DNA of 64,000 nt from the human T2T-CHM13v2.0 reference genome, Homo sapiens: NCBI RefSeq assembly GCF_009914755.1, contig NC_060944.1; one strand, given 5' to 3'. Shown piece by piece: positions 28,726-42,500 of the stretch. A program made the position numbers and the translations under genes. The notes beneath the pieces are model-generated. The model worked only from the letters and a program-made list of their open reading frames with translations, did not search any database and was not told where the DNA came from. Within the stretch, counting starts at the first letter, position 1. Each line of letters opens with the position of its first letter.

Positions 28726-31700
28726 CAACAAAAGTGGAATGGAAGGGAACGGAATAGAATGGAATGGAATGGAATGGAATGCAATGAAGCCAACACAAGT
28801 GGAATAGAATGGAATGGAATTCGATGGAGTGGAATGAAAGGGAATGGAATGGAATGGGATGGAATGGAATTAAACCGAATGGAGTGTATTGGAATTGAAT
28901 GGAATGGAATGGAATAAATTGGAATGGAATGAAAAGGAATGCAATGGAATGGAATCAACCCGTGTAGAATGGAATGGAATGGAATGGAATGGAATGGAAT
29001 GGAAAGCAATTGAATGGAATGGAATCAACCAGAGTGGAATGGAATTGAATGGAATGGAATGGAATGGAATCCACCAGAGTGGAATGGAATGGAATGGAAT
29101 GGAATGGGATCAACCGGAGTGAAATGGAATGGAAAGTTATGGAATGGAATGGAATGGAATGGAATGGAATGGAATAGAATCAACACGAGTGAAATGGAAT
29201 TGGAAGAACGGAATGGAATTTAATGTAATGTAATCGAATGCAATGGAATCACCCCGAGTGGAATGGAATGGAATGGAGTGGAATGGAATGGAAAGAACCA
29301 ATAAGAGTGGAATGGATTGGAATGGAATGGAATGGAATGAAACGTAATGGAATCAATCCGAGTGGAATGGAATGGAATTAAATTGAATGGAATGGAATGG
29401 AATGGAATGGAATCCACCAGAGTGCAATGGAATAGAATGGAATGGAATGGAGTGGAATTAACCCAAGTGGAATGGAATGGAATCGAATGGAATGGAGTGG
29501 AATGGAATGGAATGGAATGGATTGGAATCAAACTGAGTGAAAAGGAATGGAATGGAATGGGATTGAATAGAATGGAATGGAGGGGATTGGAATCAATATG
29601 AGTGGAATGGAAACGAATGGAATGGAATGGAAAGGAATGGATTGGAATGGAATGGAATGGAATGGAATAGAATCAACCAGAGTGCAATTGAGTTTAATGG
29701 ACCGGAATGGAATGGAATGGAATGGAATGGAATAAACCCGAGTAGAATGCAATGGAAGGGAATGGAATCGAACGGAATGGAAAGGCGTTGAATGGAATCA
29801 ACACAGGTGGCATGGAATGGAATGGAATAGATTGGAATGGAATGGAATCAACCCGAGTGGAATGTAATGTAATGTAATGGAATGGAATGGAGTCAACCCA
29901 AGTAGAATGGAATGGTAAGGAATGAAATGGAATGGAATGCAATGCAATACAATGGAAAGGAATGCAGTGGAATCAAAACGAGTGGAATGGAATGGAATGG
30001 AATGGAATGGAATGGAATTCAATAGAATCAACGCGAGTGGACTGGAATTCAAAGGAATTCAATGGAATGGAATGGAACGGATTGGAATGAAATGGATTGG
30101 AATCAACCCGCGTGGAATGTAGTGGATTCGAATGGAATGGAATGAACCCGATAGGAATGCAATGAATTGGAATGGAATGCAATGGAATTGAATGGAAAGT
30201 AATGGAGTCAACCCTACTGGAATGGAAGAGAATTTAATGGAAAGGAACGGAATGGAATGGAATGCAATGGAATCAACCCGACTGGACTGGAATGGAATGG
30301 AATGGAATTGAATGAAATAGAGTCAAACCGACTGGAATGGAATGGAATGGAATGCAATGGAATCAAATCGAATGGAATGGAATGGAATGGAATGGAATAG
30401 AATGGAATGGAATGGATTGGAATGGAAGTGAATGGAATGGATTCAGTGTGAGAGGAATGGAATGGAATGGAGTGGAATGGAATGGAATGAAACGAAATGG
30501 AATAGAATGGAACCGAATGCAATGGAATGGATTGAAATGGAATGGAAAGGAATAAAATCAAGTGAAATTGGATGGAATGGATTGGAATGGAATGGAATGG
30601 AATGGAATGGAATGGAATGGAATGGAATGCAATGGAACCAATAAGAGTGGAATGTATTGGAATGGAATGGAATGGAAGGAAAGGGAATGGAATCAACACG
30701 AGTGGAATGTAATGGAATGGAATGGAATATAATGGAATGGAATGGAATGGAATGGAATGGAATGGAAAGGAATGGAAAGGAATACACCAGAGTGGAATGG
30801 AATAGAATGGAATGGAATGGAGTGGAATCAACCCCAGTGGAGTGGAATGGAATGGAAGGGAATGGAATGGAATGGAATGGAATGGAATGGAATGGAATGG
30901 AATGGAATTGAAAGGAATGGAATCAATCTGACAGGAATGGAAAGGAATGGAATAGAATGAAATGGAATGGAATGGCATGAAATGGAATGGAATGGCATGG
31001 AATGGAATTGAATTAACCCGAGTGGAATGGAATGGAATGGAATGGAATGGAATGGAATGGAATGGAATGCAAAGGAATGCAATCAAAACGAGTGGAACAG
31101 ATTAGAATGGAATGGAAGGGAATGGAATGGAATAAACTGGAGTGGAATGGATTGGAATGGAATGGAGTGGAGTGGAATGGAATGGAATGGAATGGAATAG
31201 AATGGATTGGACTGGAATGGAATTAAACCGATTGAAATGGAGTGGAATGGAATAGAATGGAATGGAATGGAAAGAAACGCATTGGAATGCAGTGGACTGG
31301 AAAGAAATGGAATTGAATGGAATGGAATGGAAAGGAATGGAAAGCAATGGAATGGAATGGAATGGAATGGAATCAACACGAATGGAATGGAATGGAATGG
31401 AATGGAATGGAATGGAATGGAATTTAATGGAATGGAATAGAATGGAATGGAATTTAATGGAATGGAATGGAATGGAATGGAATGGAATGGAATCAACCCG
31501 AGTGGTATGCAATGGAGAGGAATGGAATGGAATGGAATGGAATCAACCCGAGTGTTATGCAAAGGAGTGGAATGGAATGGAATGGGATGGAAGGCAGTCA
31601 ACAGGAGTGGAAAGGAATGTATTGTAATGGAATGGAATGGAATGGAATGGAATCAAACCGAGTGGAATGGAATGGAATGGAATCAACCCAAGTGGAATGC

Positions 31701-34700
31701 AGTGGAATGGAATGGAATGGAATTGAGTGGAATCAACACGAGTGGAATGGAATGGAAAGGAATGAAATGGAATGGAATGCATTGGCATGGAATGGAATGG
31801 AATGGAGTGCAACGGAATAGAATGGAAGGGAATGGAATGGAATTGATTGGAATGCGATGTAAAGGAATGGAAAGGAACCACCTGAAATGCAAAGGAATAG
31901 AATGCAATGGAATGGAATGGAATGGAATGGAATGGAATCAACCCGAGTGGAACGGAATGCAAAGGAAAGGAATCGAATGGAATGGAATTCAATGGAAAGG
32001 AATTGAATGGAATGTAATGGAATAGAGTGGAATGGAATGGCATGAAATGGAATGGAATCAATGCGAGTGTAATGCAATGGAAGGGAATGGAATGGAGTGG
32101 AATGGAATGGAATGAAAAGGAATGCAATCAATGCAAGTGTAATGTAATGGAATGGAATGGAGTGGAATGGAACGGAATGGAATGGAGTGGAATCAACTGG
32201 AATGGAATGGAATGGAACGGAATGGAATGGAATTGAATGGAATGGAATCAACTAGAATGGAAAGGAATGGAATGGAATGGAATGCAATGGAATGGACTGG
32301 AAAGGAATCAACTAGAATGGAAAGGAATGGAATGGAATGGAATGCAATGGAATGGACTGGAATGGAATGGAATCAACAAAAGTGTAATGGAAGGGAATGG
32401 AATAGATTGGAATGGAAAGCAATGCAGTCAACACGAATGGAATCGAATGCAGTGGAATCTAAAGGAATGGAATGGAATGGAAAGGAATGGAATGGAATGG
32501 AATGGAATGGAATGGGATAGAATGGAATCAAACCCAGGGGAGTGGAATGGAATTGAATAGAATGGAATGGAATTAATTGGAATGGAAAGGAATGGAATGG
32601 AATGGAATGGAATGGAATGGAATGGAATGGAATGGAATCAACCAGAGTGGAATGGAATTGAATGGAATGGAATGGAATGGAATCAACCGGAGTGGAATGG
32701 AATGGAATGAAATGGAATGGACTGGAATGGAATGGAATCAGCAAAAGTGTAATGGAATGGAATGGAATAGAATGGAATGGAAAGCAATGCAGTCAACACG
32801 AATGGAATCGAATGGAGTGGAATCTAAAGGAATGGAATGGAATGGAATGGAATGGAATGGAATGGAATGGGATAGAATGGAATCAAACCGAGGGGAGTGG
32901 AATGGAATTGAATAGAATGGAATGGAATTAATTGGAATGGAAAGGAATGGAATGGAATGGAATGGAATGGAATGGAATGGAATGGAATGGAATGGAAAGT
33001 AATCAACCAGAGTGGAATGGAATTGAATGGAATGGAATGGAATGGAATCAACCCGAGTTGAATGGAATGGAATGGAATGGAATGGAATGGAATGGAATGG
33101 AATGGAATCAACCCGAGTGGAATGGAATTGAATGGAATGGAATGGAATGCTATCAAACCGAGTGGAGTGGAAGGGAATTGAATGGAATGGAATGGAATAA
33201 ATTGCAATGGAAAAGAATGAAATGGAATGGAATGGAATGGAATGGAATGGAATGGAATGGAATGGAAACAACAAAAGTGGAATGGAAGGGAATGGAATAG
33301 AATGGAATGGAAAGGAATGGAATGCAATGAAGCCAACACAAGTGGAATAGAATGGAATGGAATTCGATGGAGTGGAATGAAAGGGAATGGAATGGAATGG
33401 GATGGAATGGAATTAAACTGAACGGAGTGTATTGGAATTGAATGGAATGGAATGGAATAAATTGGAATGGAACGGAAAGGAATGCAATGGAATGGAATCA
33501 ACCCGTGTGGAATGGAATGGAATGGAATGGAATGGAATCCAATGGAATGGAATGGAATGGAATGGAAAGCAATTGAATGGAATGGAATCAACCAGAGTGG
33601 AATGGAATTGAATGGAATGGAATGGAATGGAATCAACCAGAGTGGAATGGAATGGAATGGAATGGAATGGGATCAACTGGAGTGAAATGGAATGGAAAGT
33701 TACGGAATGGAATGGAATGGAATGGAATGGAATGGAATGGAATGGAATGGAATAGAATGGAATAGAATGGAATCAACACGAGTGAAATGGAATTGTAAGA
33801 ACGGAATGGAATTTAATGTAATGTAATCGAATGGAATGGAATCACCCCGAGTGGAATGGAATGGAATGGAATGGAATGGAATGGAGTGGAATGGAATGGA
33901 ATGGAAAGGAAAGGAAACAATAAGAGTGGAATGGATTGGAATGGAATGTAATGGAATGAAACGTAATGGAATCAACCCGAGTGGAATGGAATGGAATGAA
34001 ATTGAATGGAATGGAATGGAATGGAGTGGAATTAACCCAAGTGGAATGGAATGGAATCGAATGGAACGGAGTGGAATGGAATGGAATGGAATGGAATGGA
34101 TTGGAATCAAACTGAGTGAAATGGAATGGAATGGAATGGGATGGAATAGAATGGAATTGAGGGGATTGGAATCAATATGAGTGGAATGGAAACGAATGGA
34201 ATGGAATGGAAAGGAATGGATTGGAATGGAATAGAATGGAATAGAATCAACCAGAGTGGAATTGAGTTTAACGGACCGGAATGGAATGGAATGGAATGGA
34301 ATAAACCCGAGTAGAATGCAACGGAAGGGAATGGAATCGAACGGAATGGAATGGCATTGAATGGAATCAACACAGGTGGAATGGAATGGAATGGAATGGA
34401 TTGGAATGGAATGGAATCAACCCGAGTGGAATGTAATGTAATGTAATGGAATGGAATGGAATAGAATCAACCCAAGTAGAATGGAATGGTAAGGAATGAA
34501 ATGGAATGGAATGGAATGCAATGCAATGGAAAGGAATGCAATGGAATCAAAACGAGTGGAATGGAATGGAATGGAAAGGAATGGAATGGAATTCAATAGA
34601 ATCAACGCGAGTGGACTGGAATGCAAAGGAATTCAATGAAATGTAGTGGAACGGAATGGAATGAAATGGATTGGAATCAACCCACGTGGAATGTAGTGGA

Positions 34701-37300
34701 TTCGAATGGAATGGAATCAACCCGATAGGAATGCAATGAAATGGAATGGAATGCATTGGAATTGAATGGAAAGGAATGCAGTCAACCCTACTGGAATGGA
34801 AGAGAATTTAATGGAAAGGAATGGAATGGAATGGAATGCAATGGAATCAACCCGACAGGACTGGAATGGAAGGGAATGGAATTGAATGATATAGAGTCAA
34901 ACCGACTGGAATGGAATGGAATGGAATGCAATGGAATCAAATGGAATGGAATGGAATGGAATGGAATGGAATGGAATGGAATGGAATGGAATGGATTGGA
35001 ATGGAATGGAACGGAATGGATTCAGTGTGAGAGGAATGGAATGGAATGGAGTGGAATGGAATGGAACGAAATGGAATAGAGTGGAATGCAATGCAGTAGA
35101 ATGGATTGAAATGGAATGGAAAGGAATAAAATCAAGTGAAATTGGATGGAATGGATTGGAATGGAATGGAATGGAATGGAATGGAATGGAATGGAATACA
35201 ATGGAACCAATAAGAGTGGAATGTATTGGAAAGGAATGGAATGGAATGAAAGGGAATGGAATCAACACGAGTGGAATGGAATGGAAAGGAATGGAATGGA
35301 ATGGAATGGAATGGAAAGGAATGGAAAGGAACACACCAGAGTGGAATGGAATAGAATGGAATGGAATGGAGTGGAATCAACCTCAGTGGAATGGAATGGA
35401 ATGGAATGGAATGGAATGGAATTGAAAGGAATGGAATCAATCCGACAGGAATGGAAAGGAATGGAATAGAATGAAATGGAATGGAATGGCATGGAATTGA
35501 ATGGAATTAACCCGAGTGGAATGGAATGGAATGCAATGGAATGCAAAGGAATGCAATCAAACCGAGTGGAACAGATTAGAATGGAATGGAAGGGAACGGA
35601 ATGCAATAAACTGGAGTGGAATGGATTGGAATGGAATGGAGTGGAGTGGAGTGGAATGGAATGGAATGGAATGGAATGGAATGGACTGGATTGGAATGGA
35701 ATTAAACCGATTGAAATGGAGTGGAATGGAATAGAATGGAATGGAATGGAAAGAAACGGACTGGAATGCAGTGGACTGGAAAGAAACGGAATTGAATGGA
35801 ATGGAATGGAAAGGAATGGAAAGCAATGGAATGGAATGGAATGGAATGGAATCAACACGAATGGAATGGAATGGAATGGAATGGAATGGAATGGAAGGGA
35901 ATGGAATTTAATGGAATGGAATGGAACGGAATGGAATGGAATGGAATTTAATGGAATGGAGTGGAATGGAATGGAATCAACCCGAGTGGTATGCAATAGA
36001 GAGGAATGGAATGGAATGGAATGGAATCAACCTGAGTGTTATGAAAAGGAGTGGAATGGAATGGAATGGGATGGAATGCAGTCAACAGGAGTGGAAAGGA
36101 ATGGATTGTAAGGGAATGGAATGGAATGGAATGGAATGGAATCAAACCAAGTGGAGTGAAACGGAATGGAATCAACCCGAGTGGAATGGAATGGAATGGA
36201 ATGGAATGGAATTGAGTGGAATCAACACGAGTGGAATGGAATGGAAAGGAATGAAATGGAATGGAATGCAATGGCATGGAAAGGAATGGAATGGAGTGCA
36301 ACGGAATAGAATGGAATGGAATGGAATGGAATTGATTGGAATGCGATGTAAAGGAATGGAAAGGAACCACCTGAAATGCAAAGGAATAGAATGGAATGCT
36401 ATGGAATGGAATGGAATGGAATGGAATCAACCCGAGTGGAACGGAATGCAAAGGAATGGAATGGAATTCAATGGAAAGGAACTGAATGGAATGGAATGGA
36501 ATAGAGTGGAATGGAAAGGCATGAAATGGAATGGAATCAATGCAAGTGTAATGCAATGGAAAGGAATGGAATGGAGAGGAATGGAATGGAATGAAAAGGA
36601 ATGGAATCAATGCAAGTGTAATGGAATGGAATGGAATGGAGTGGAATGGAACGGAATGGAATGGAGTGGAATCAACTGGAATGGAATGGAATGCAACGGA
36701 ATGAAATGGAATTGAATGGAATGGAATCAACTAGAATGGAAAGGAATGGAATGGAATGGAATGGAATGCAATGGAATGGACTGGAATGGAATCAACTAGA
36801 ATGGAAAGGAATGGAATGGAATGGAATGCAATGGAATGGACTGGAATGGAATGGAATCAACAAAAGTGTAATGGAAGGGAATGGAATAGAATGGAATGGA
36901 AAGCAATGCAGTCAACACGAATGGAATCGAATGGAGTGGAATCTAAAGGAATGGAATGGAATGGAATCGAATGGGATAGAATGGAATCAAACCGAGGGGA
37001 TTGGAATGGAATTGAATAGAATGGAATGGAGTTTATTGGAATGGAAAGGAATGGAATGGAATGGAATGGAATCAACCAGAGTGGAATGGAATAGAATGGA
37101 ATCAACCCGAGTGGAATGGAATGGAATGGAATGGAATGGAATGGAATGGAATGGAATGGAATGGAATGGAATCAACCCGAGTGGAATGGAGTTGAATGGA
37201 ATGGAATGGAATCGAATCAAACCGAGTGGAGTGGAAGGGAATTGAATGGAATGGAATGGAATAAATTGCAATGGAAAAGAATGAAATGGAATGGAATGGA
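28726..37300 (+). repeat. ~4.5 kb diverged tandem duplication
   Basis: caacaaaagtgg...gaagccaacac starts at 28726 and 33269. ttcagtgtgagagg at 30442/35021, ggaaccacctgaaatgc at ~31874/36363, ataaattgcaatggaaaaga at ~33197/37261. Confidence 0.8.
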
Positions 37301-39512
37301 ATGGAATGGAATGGAATGGAATGGAATGGAATCAACCTGAGTGGAATGGAATGGAATGGAATGGAATCGGATAGAATGGAATCAAACCGAGTGGAGTGCA
37401 ATGGAATTGAATGTAATGGAATGGAATAAATTGGAATGGAAAGGAATGGAATGGAATGGAGTGGAATCAACCAGAGTGGAATGGAATTGAATGGAATGGA
37501 ATGAAATGGAATCAACCCGAGTGGAATGGAATTGAAGGGAATGGAATGGAATGGAATCAACCCGAGTGGAATGTAATGAAATGGAATTGAATGGAATTAC
37601 CCCGAGGGAAATGGCATGGAAAGGAACGGAATACAATTTAATGGAATGGAATGGCATGCAATAGAATCAACCCGAGTGGAATGGAATGGCATGAAACGGA
37701 AGGCAATGCAATGGAATGGAACCAATAAGAGTGGAATGGATTGGAATGGAATGGAATGGAATGAAAGGGAATGGAATCAACCCGAGTGGAATGGAATGGA
37801 ACGGAAAGGAATGGAATGGAATGGAATGGAATGGAATGGAATGGAATGGAATGGAATGGAATGCAATGGAATGGAATGGAATACACCAGAGTGGAATGGA
37901 ATAGAATGGAATGGAATAGAGTGGAATCAACCCCCTGTGGAATGGAATGGAATGGAATGGAATGGAATGGAATGGAATGGAATGGCATAGAATGGATTGG
38001 AATCAAACCGACTGTAATGGAATGGAATGGAATGGAGTGGAATGAAATCAACCCGAGTGGAATGGAATGGAATGGAATGGGATGGAATAGAATGAAATGG
38101 ATTGGATTGGAATCAATCTGAGTGGAATGGAAAGGAATGGAAAGGAATGTAATTGAAGAGAATGGAATGGAATGGAATGGAATAGAATGGAATGGAATGG
38201 AATGGAATGGAATGGAATCAACCAGAGTGGAATTGACTGTAATGGACCGGAATGGAATGGAATGGAATGGAATGGAATGGAATGGAATGGAATGGAATGG
38301 AATGGAATGGAATGGAATCAACCAGAGTGGAATTGACTGTAATGGACCGGAATGGAATGGAATGGAAAGGAATGGAATAAAACCGAGTAGAATGCAATGG
38401 AAGGGAATGGAATCGAATGGAATGGAATGGCATTGAACGGAATCAACACGAGTGGAATGGAATGGAATGGATTGGAGTGGAAAGGAATAAACCCCAGTGG
38501 AATGTAATGAAATGTAATGGAATGGAATGGAGTAGAATGAACCCGAGTGGAATGGAATGGTATGGAATGAAATGGAATGGAATGGAATGGTATGGAACGG
38601 AATGGAATGGAATGGAAAGGAAAGGAATGCAATGTAATCAAAGCGAGAGGAATGGAATGGAATGTAAAGGAATGGAGTGGTATTCAATAGAATCAACCCG
38701 AGTGGAATGGAATGGAAAGGTATTGAACGGAATGGAATGGAATGGAATAGAATCCAATCCAGTGTAAAGGAATGGAACGGAATGGAATGGAATGGAATGG
38801 AATGGAATGGAATAAATTCCAGTGGAATGGAATGGAAAGCAAAGTAATATAATGGAAATGAATGGAATCAACCCGAATGGAAAGGAAAGGAATGAAATGG
38901 AATGGAATGAATGGAATGGAATGGAAAGGAATCAATCCGAGTGGAATGGAAAGGAATGGAATGGAATGGAGTGGAATGGAATGGAATTGATATGAATGGA
39001 ATGTAATCAACTGGAATGCAATGGAATGGAATCTAATGGAATGGAATGGAATCAACTAGAATGAAAAGGAATGGAATGGAATGGAATGCAGTGGAAAGGA
39101 ATGGAATGGAATCAACTTGTGTGAAATGTAATGCAAAGGAATGGAATGGAATGGAATGGAATCAACAAAAGTGGAATGGAAGGGAATGGAATAGAATGGA
39201 ATGGAATGGAATGGAAAGCAATGGAGTCAACCCAAATGGAATCGAATGGAATGCAATGCAGTGGAATGGCATGGAATGGCATGGAATGGAATGGAATGGA
39301 ATGGAATGGAATGGAATGGAATGAGATGGAATGGAATCAAACCGAGTGGAGTGGAATGGAAATGAATGGAATGGAATGGAATGGAATGGAATCAACCAGA
39401 GTTGAATGTAATTGAATGGAATGGAATGGAATGGAATCAACCCGAATGGAATTTAATGGAATGGAATGGAATGGAATGGAATGGAATGGAATGGAATGGA
39501 ATGGAATGGAAT

Positions 39513-42500
39513 CAACCCGAGGGGAATGGAATGGAATGGAATTGAATGGAATTAACACGAGTGAAATGCATTGGAAAGGAACGGAATGGAATTTATTGGA
39601 ATGAAATGGAATGGAATGGAAAGCAATGGAATTAAATGGAAGCAACCAGATTTGAATGTAATTGAATGGAATGGAATGGACTGGAGTCATCCCTAATGGA
39701 ATGGAATGGAATGGAATGGAATGGAATGGAATGGAATGGAATGGAGTGGAATGTAATGGAATAGAATGGAGTGGAATCAACCCGAGTGGAATGGAATGGT
39801 ATGGAGTGAAATGGAATGGAATGGAACGGTACGGAATGTAATGGAATGGAAAGGAAAAGGAAAGGAATGCAATGGAATCAAAACGAGTGGAATGGAATGG
39901 AATGGAAAGGAATGGAGTGGAATTCAATAGAATCAACCCTAGTGGAATGGAATGGAAAGGAATTGAATGGAATGGAAAGGAATGGAATGGAATTCAATCC
40001 AGTGTAAAGGAATGGAATGCAATGGAATGAAATGGAATGGAATAAATTCGAATGGAATGGAATGGAATGAAAAGTAATATAATGGAAATGAATGGAATCC
40101 ACCCGAATGGAAAGCAAAGGAATGGAATGGAATGGAATGGAATGGAATGGAGTCCACCCGAGTGGAATGGAATGGAATAGAGTGGAATGGAATGGAACGG
40201 AATGCTATGGAATCAACTCGAGTGGAACGGAAAGGAATGGTACAGAATGGAATGGAAAGGAAATGAATGGAATCAATAAGACCAGAATAGAATCCAAAAG
40301 ACTGGAATGAACAAGTGCAATGGAATGGAATGGAATGAAATGGTATCAACCCGGTTGGAATGGAATGGAATGGAATGGAATGGATTCAACCCGAGTGCAA
40401 TGGAATGGATTGCAATGGAATGGAATCAACCCGATTGGAATGGAATGGAAAGGAATGGAATGCAGTCAACCCAAGTGGAATGTAATGGAATGGAATGGAA
40501 ATGAATGGAATGGAATGGAATCAACCCGAATGGAATGGAATGGAATGGAGTGGAATAGAAAGGAATATAATTGAAAGGAGTGGAATGGAATGGAATGGAA
40601 TGGAATGGAGTTGAAAGAACCCGAGTGGAATGCAATGCAGTGGAATGGAATGGATTGGAATCAACCCAATTGGAATGGAATGGAATGGAATGGAACAGAA
40701 TGGAATGGAAAGGAGTGGAATACAATGGAATGGAATCGAACCAACATGACTGGAATGGAATGGAATGGAATGGAATGGAATGGAATGGAATGGCATAGAA
40801 TGGATTGGAATCAAACCGACTGTAATGGAAAGAAATGGAATGGAATGGAGTGGAATGAAGTCAACCCGAGTGGAATGGAATGGAATGGAATGGGATGGAA
40901 TAGAATGAAATGGAGTGGATTGGAATCAAACTGAGTGGAATGGAAAGGAATGGAAAGGAATGTAATTGAAGAGAATGGAATGGAATGGAATAGAATGGAA
41001 TGGAATGGAATGGAATCAACCCGAGGGGAATGGAATGGAATGGAATTGAATGGAATTAACACGAGTGAAATGGAATGGAAAGGAACGGAATGGAATTTAT
41101 TGGAATGAAATGGAATGGAATGGAAAGCAATGGAATTAAATGAAAGCAACCATATTTGAATGTAATTGAATGGAATGGAATGGACTGGAGTCATCCCTAA
41201 TGGAATGGAATGGAATGGAATGGAATGGAATGGAATGGAGTGGAATGTAATGGAATAGAATGGAGTGGAATCAACCCGAGTGGAATGGAATGGTATGGAG
41301 TGAAATGGAATGGAATGGAACGGTACGGAATGTAATGGAATGGAATGGAAAAGGAAAGGAATGCAATGGAATCAAAACGAGTGGAATGGAATGGAATGGA
41401 AAGGAATGGAGTGGAATTCAATAGAATCAACCCTAGTGGAATGGAATGGAAAGGAATTGAATGGAATGGAAAGGAATGGAATGGAATTCAATCCAGTGTA
41501 AAGGAATGGAATGCAATGGAATGAAATGGAATGGAATAAATTCGAATGGAATGGAATGGAATGAAAAGTAATATAATGGAAATGAATGGAATCCACCCGA
41601 ATGGAAAGCAAAGGAATGGAATGGAATGGAATGGAATGGAATGGAATGGAATGGAATGGAATGGAGTCCACCCGAGTGGAATGGAATGGAATAGAGTGGA
41701 ATGGAATGGAACGGAATGCTATGGAATCAACTCGAGTGGAACGGAAAGGAATGGTATGGAATGGAATGGAAAGGAAATGAATGGAATCAATAAGACCAGA
41801 ATAGAATCCAAAAGACTGGAATGAACAAGTGCAATGGAACGGAATGGAATGAAACGGTATCAACCCGGTTGGAATGGAATGGAATGGAATGGATTCAACC
41901 CGAGTGCAATGGAATGGATTGCAATGGAACGGAATCAACCCGATTGGAATGGAATGGAAAGGAATGGAATGCAGTCAACCCAAGTGGAATGTAATGGAAT
42001 GGAATGGAAATGAATGGAATGGAATGGAATCAACCCGAATGGAATGGAATGGAGTGGAATAGAAAGGAATATAATTGAATGGAGTGGAATGGAATGAAAT
42101 GGAATGGAATGCAATTGAAAGAACCCGAGTGGAATGCAATGCAGTGGAATGGAATGGATTGGAATCAACCCAATTGGAATGGAATGGAATGGAATGGAAC
42201 AGAATGGAATGGAAAGGAGTGGAATACAATGGAATGGGATCGACCCAACACGACTGGAATGGAATGGAATGGAATGGAATGGAATGGCATAGAATGGATT
42301 GGAATCAAACCGACTGTAATGGAAAGGAATGGAATGGAATGGAGTGGAATGAAATCAACCCGAGTGGAATGGAATGGAATGGAATGGGATGGAATAGAAT
42401 GAAATGGAGTGGATTGGAATCAAACTGAGTGGAATGGAAAGGAATGGAAAGGAATGTAATTGAAGAGAATGGAATGGAATGGAATGGAATAGAATGGAAT
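39513..42500 (+). repeat. ~1.5 kb tandem duplication at the boundary between old and young domains
   Basis: caacccgagggg at 39513 and 41017; ORFs 39816 and 41310 are offset by 1494. Shared alleles caataagacc, ggaatgctatggaatcaactcg and ggaacggtacgg. Confidence 0.85.

Larger units (their letters stand above)
1..42396 (+). repeat. Older, diverged HSat3 domain made of reshuffled modules with no single long-range period
   Basis: Rare landmark k-mers recur at irregular spacing, e.g. gggatggaatcgtatagattgaa at ~2511/8470/27392, ttcagtgtgagagg at ~4578/11549/30442/35021 and gtcatccctaatgg at ~16066/24037/39686/41190. Copies differ by many substitutions. Confidence 0.85.
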
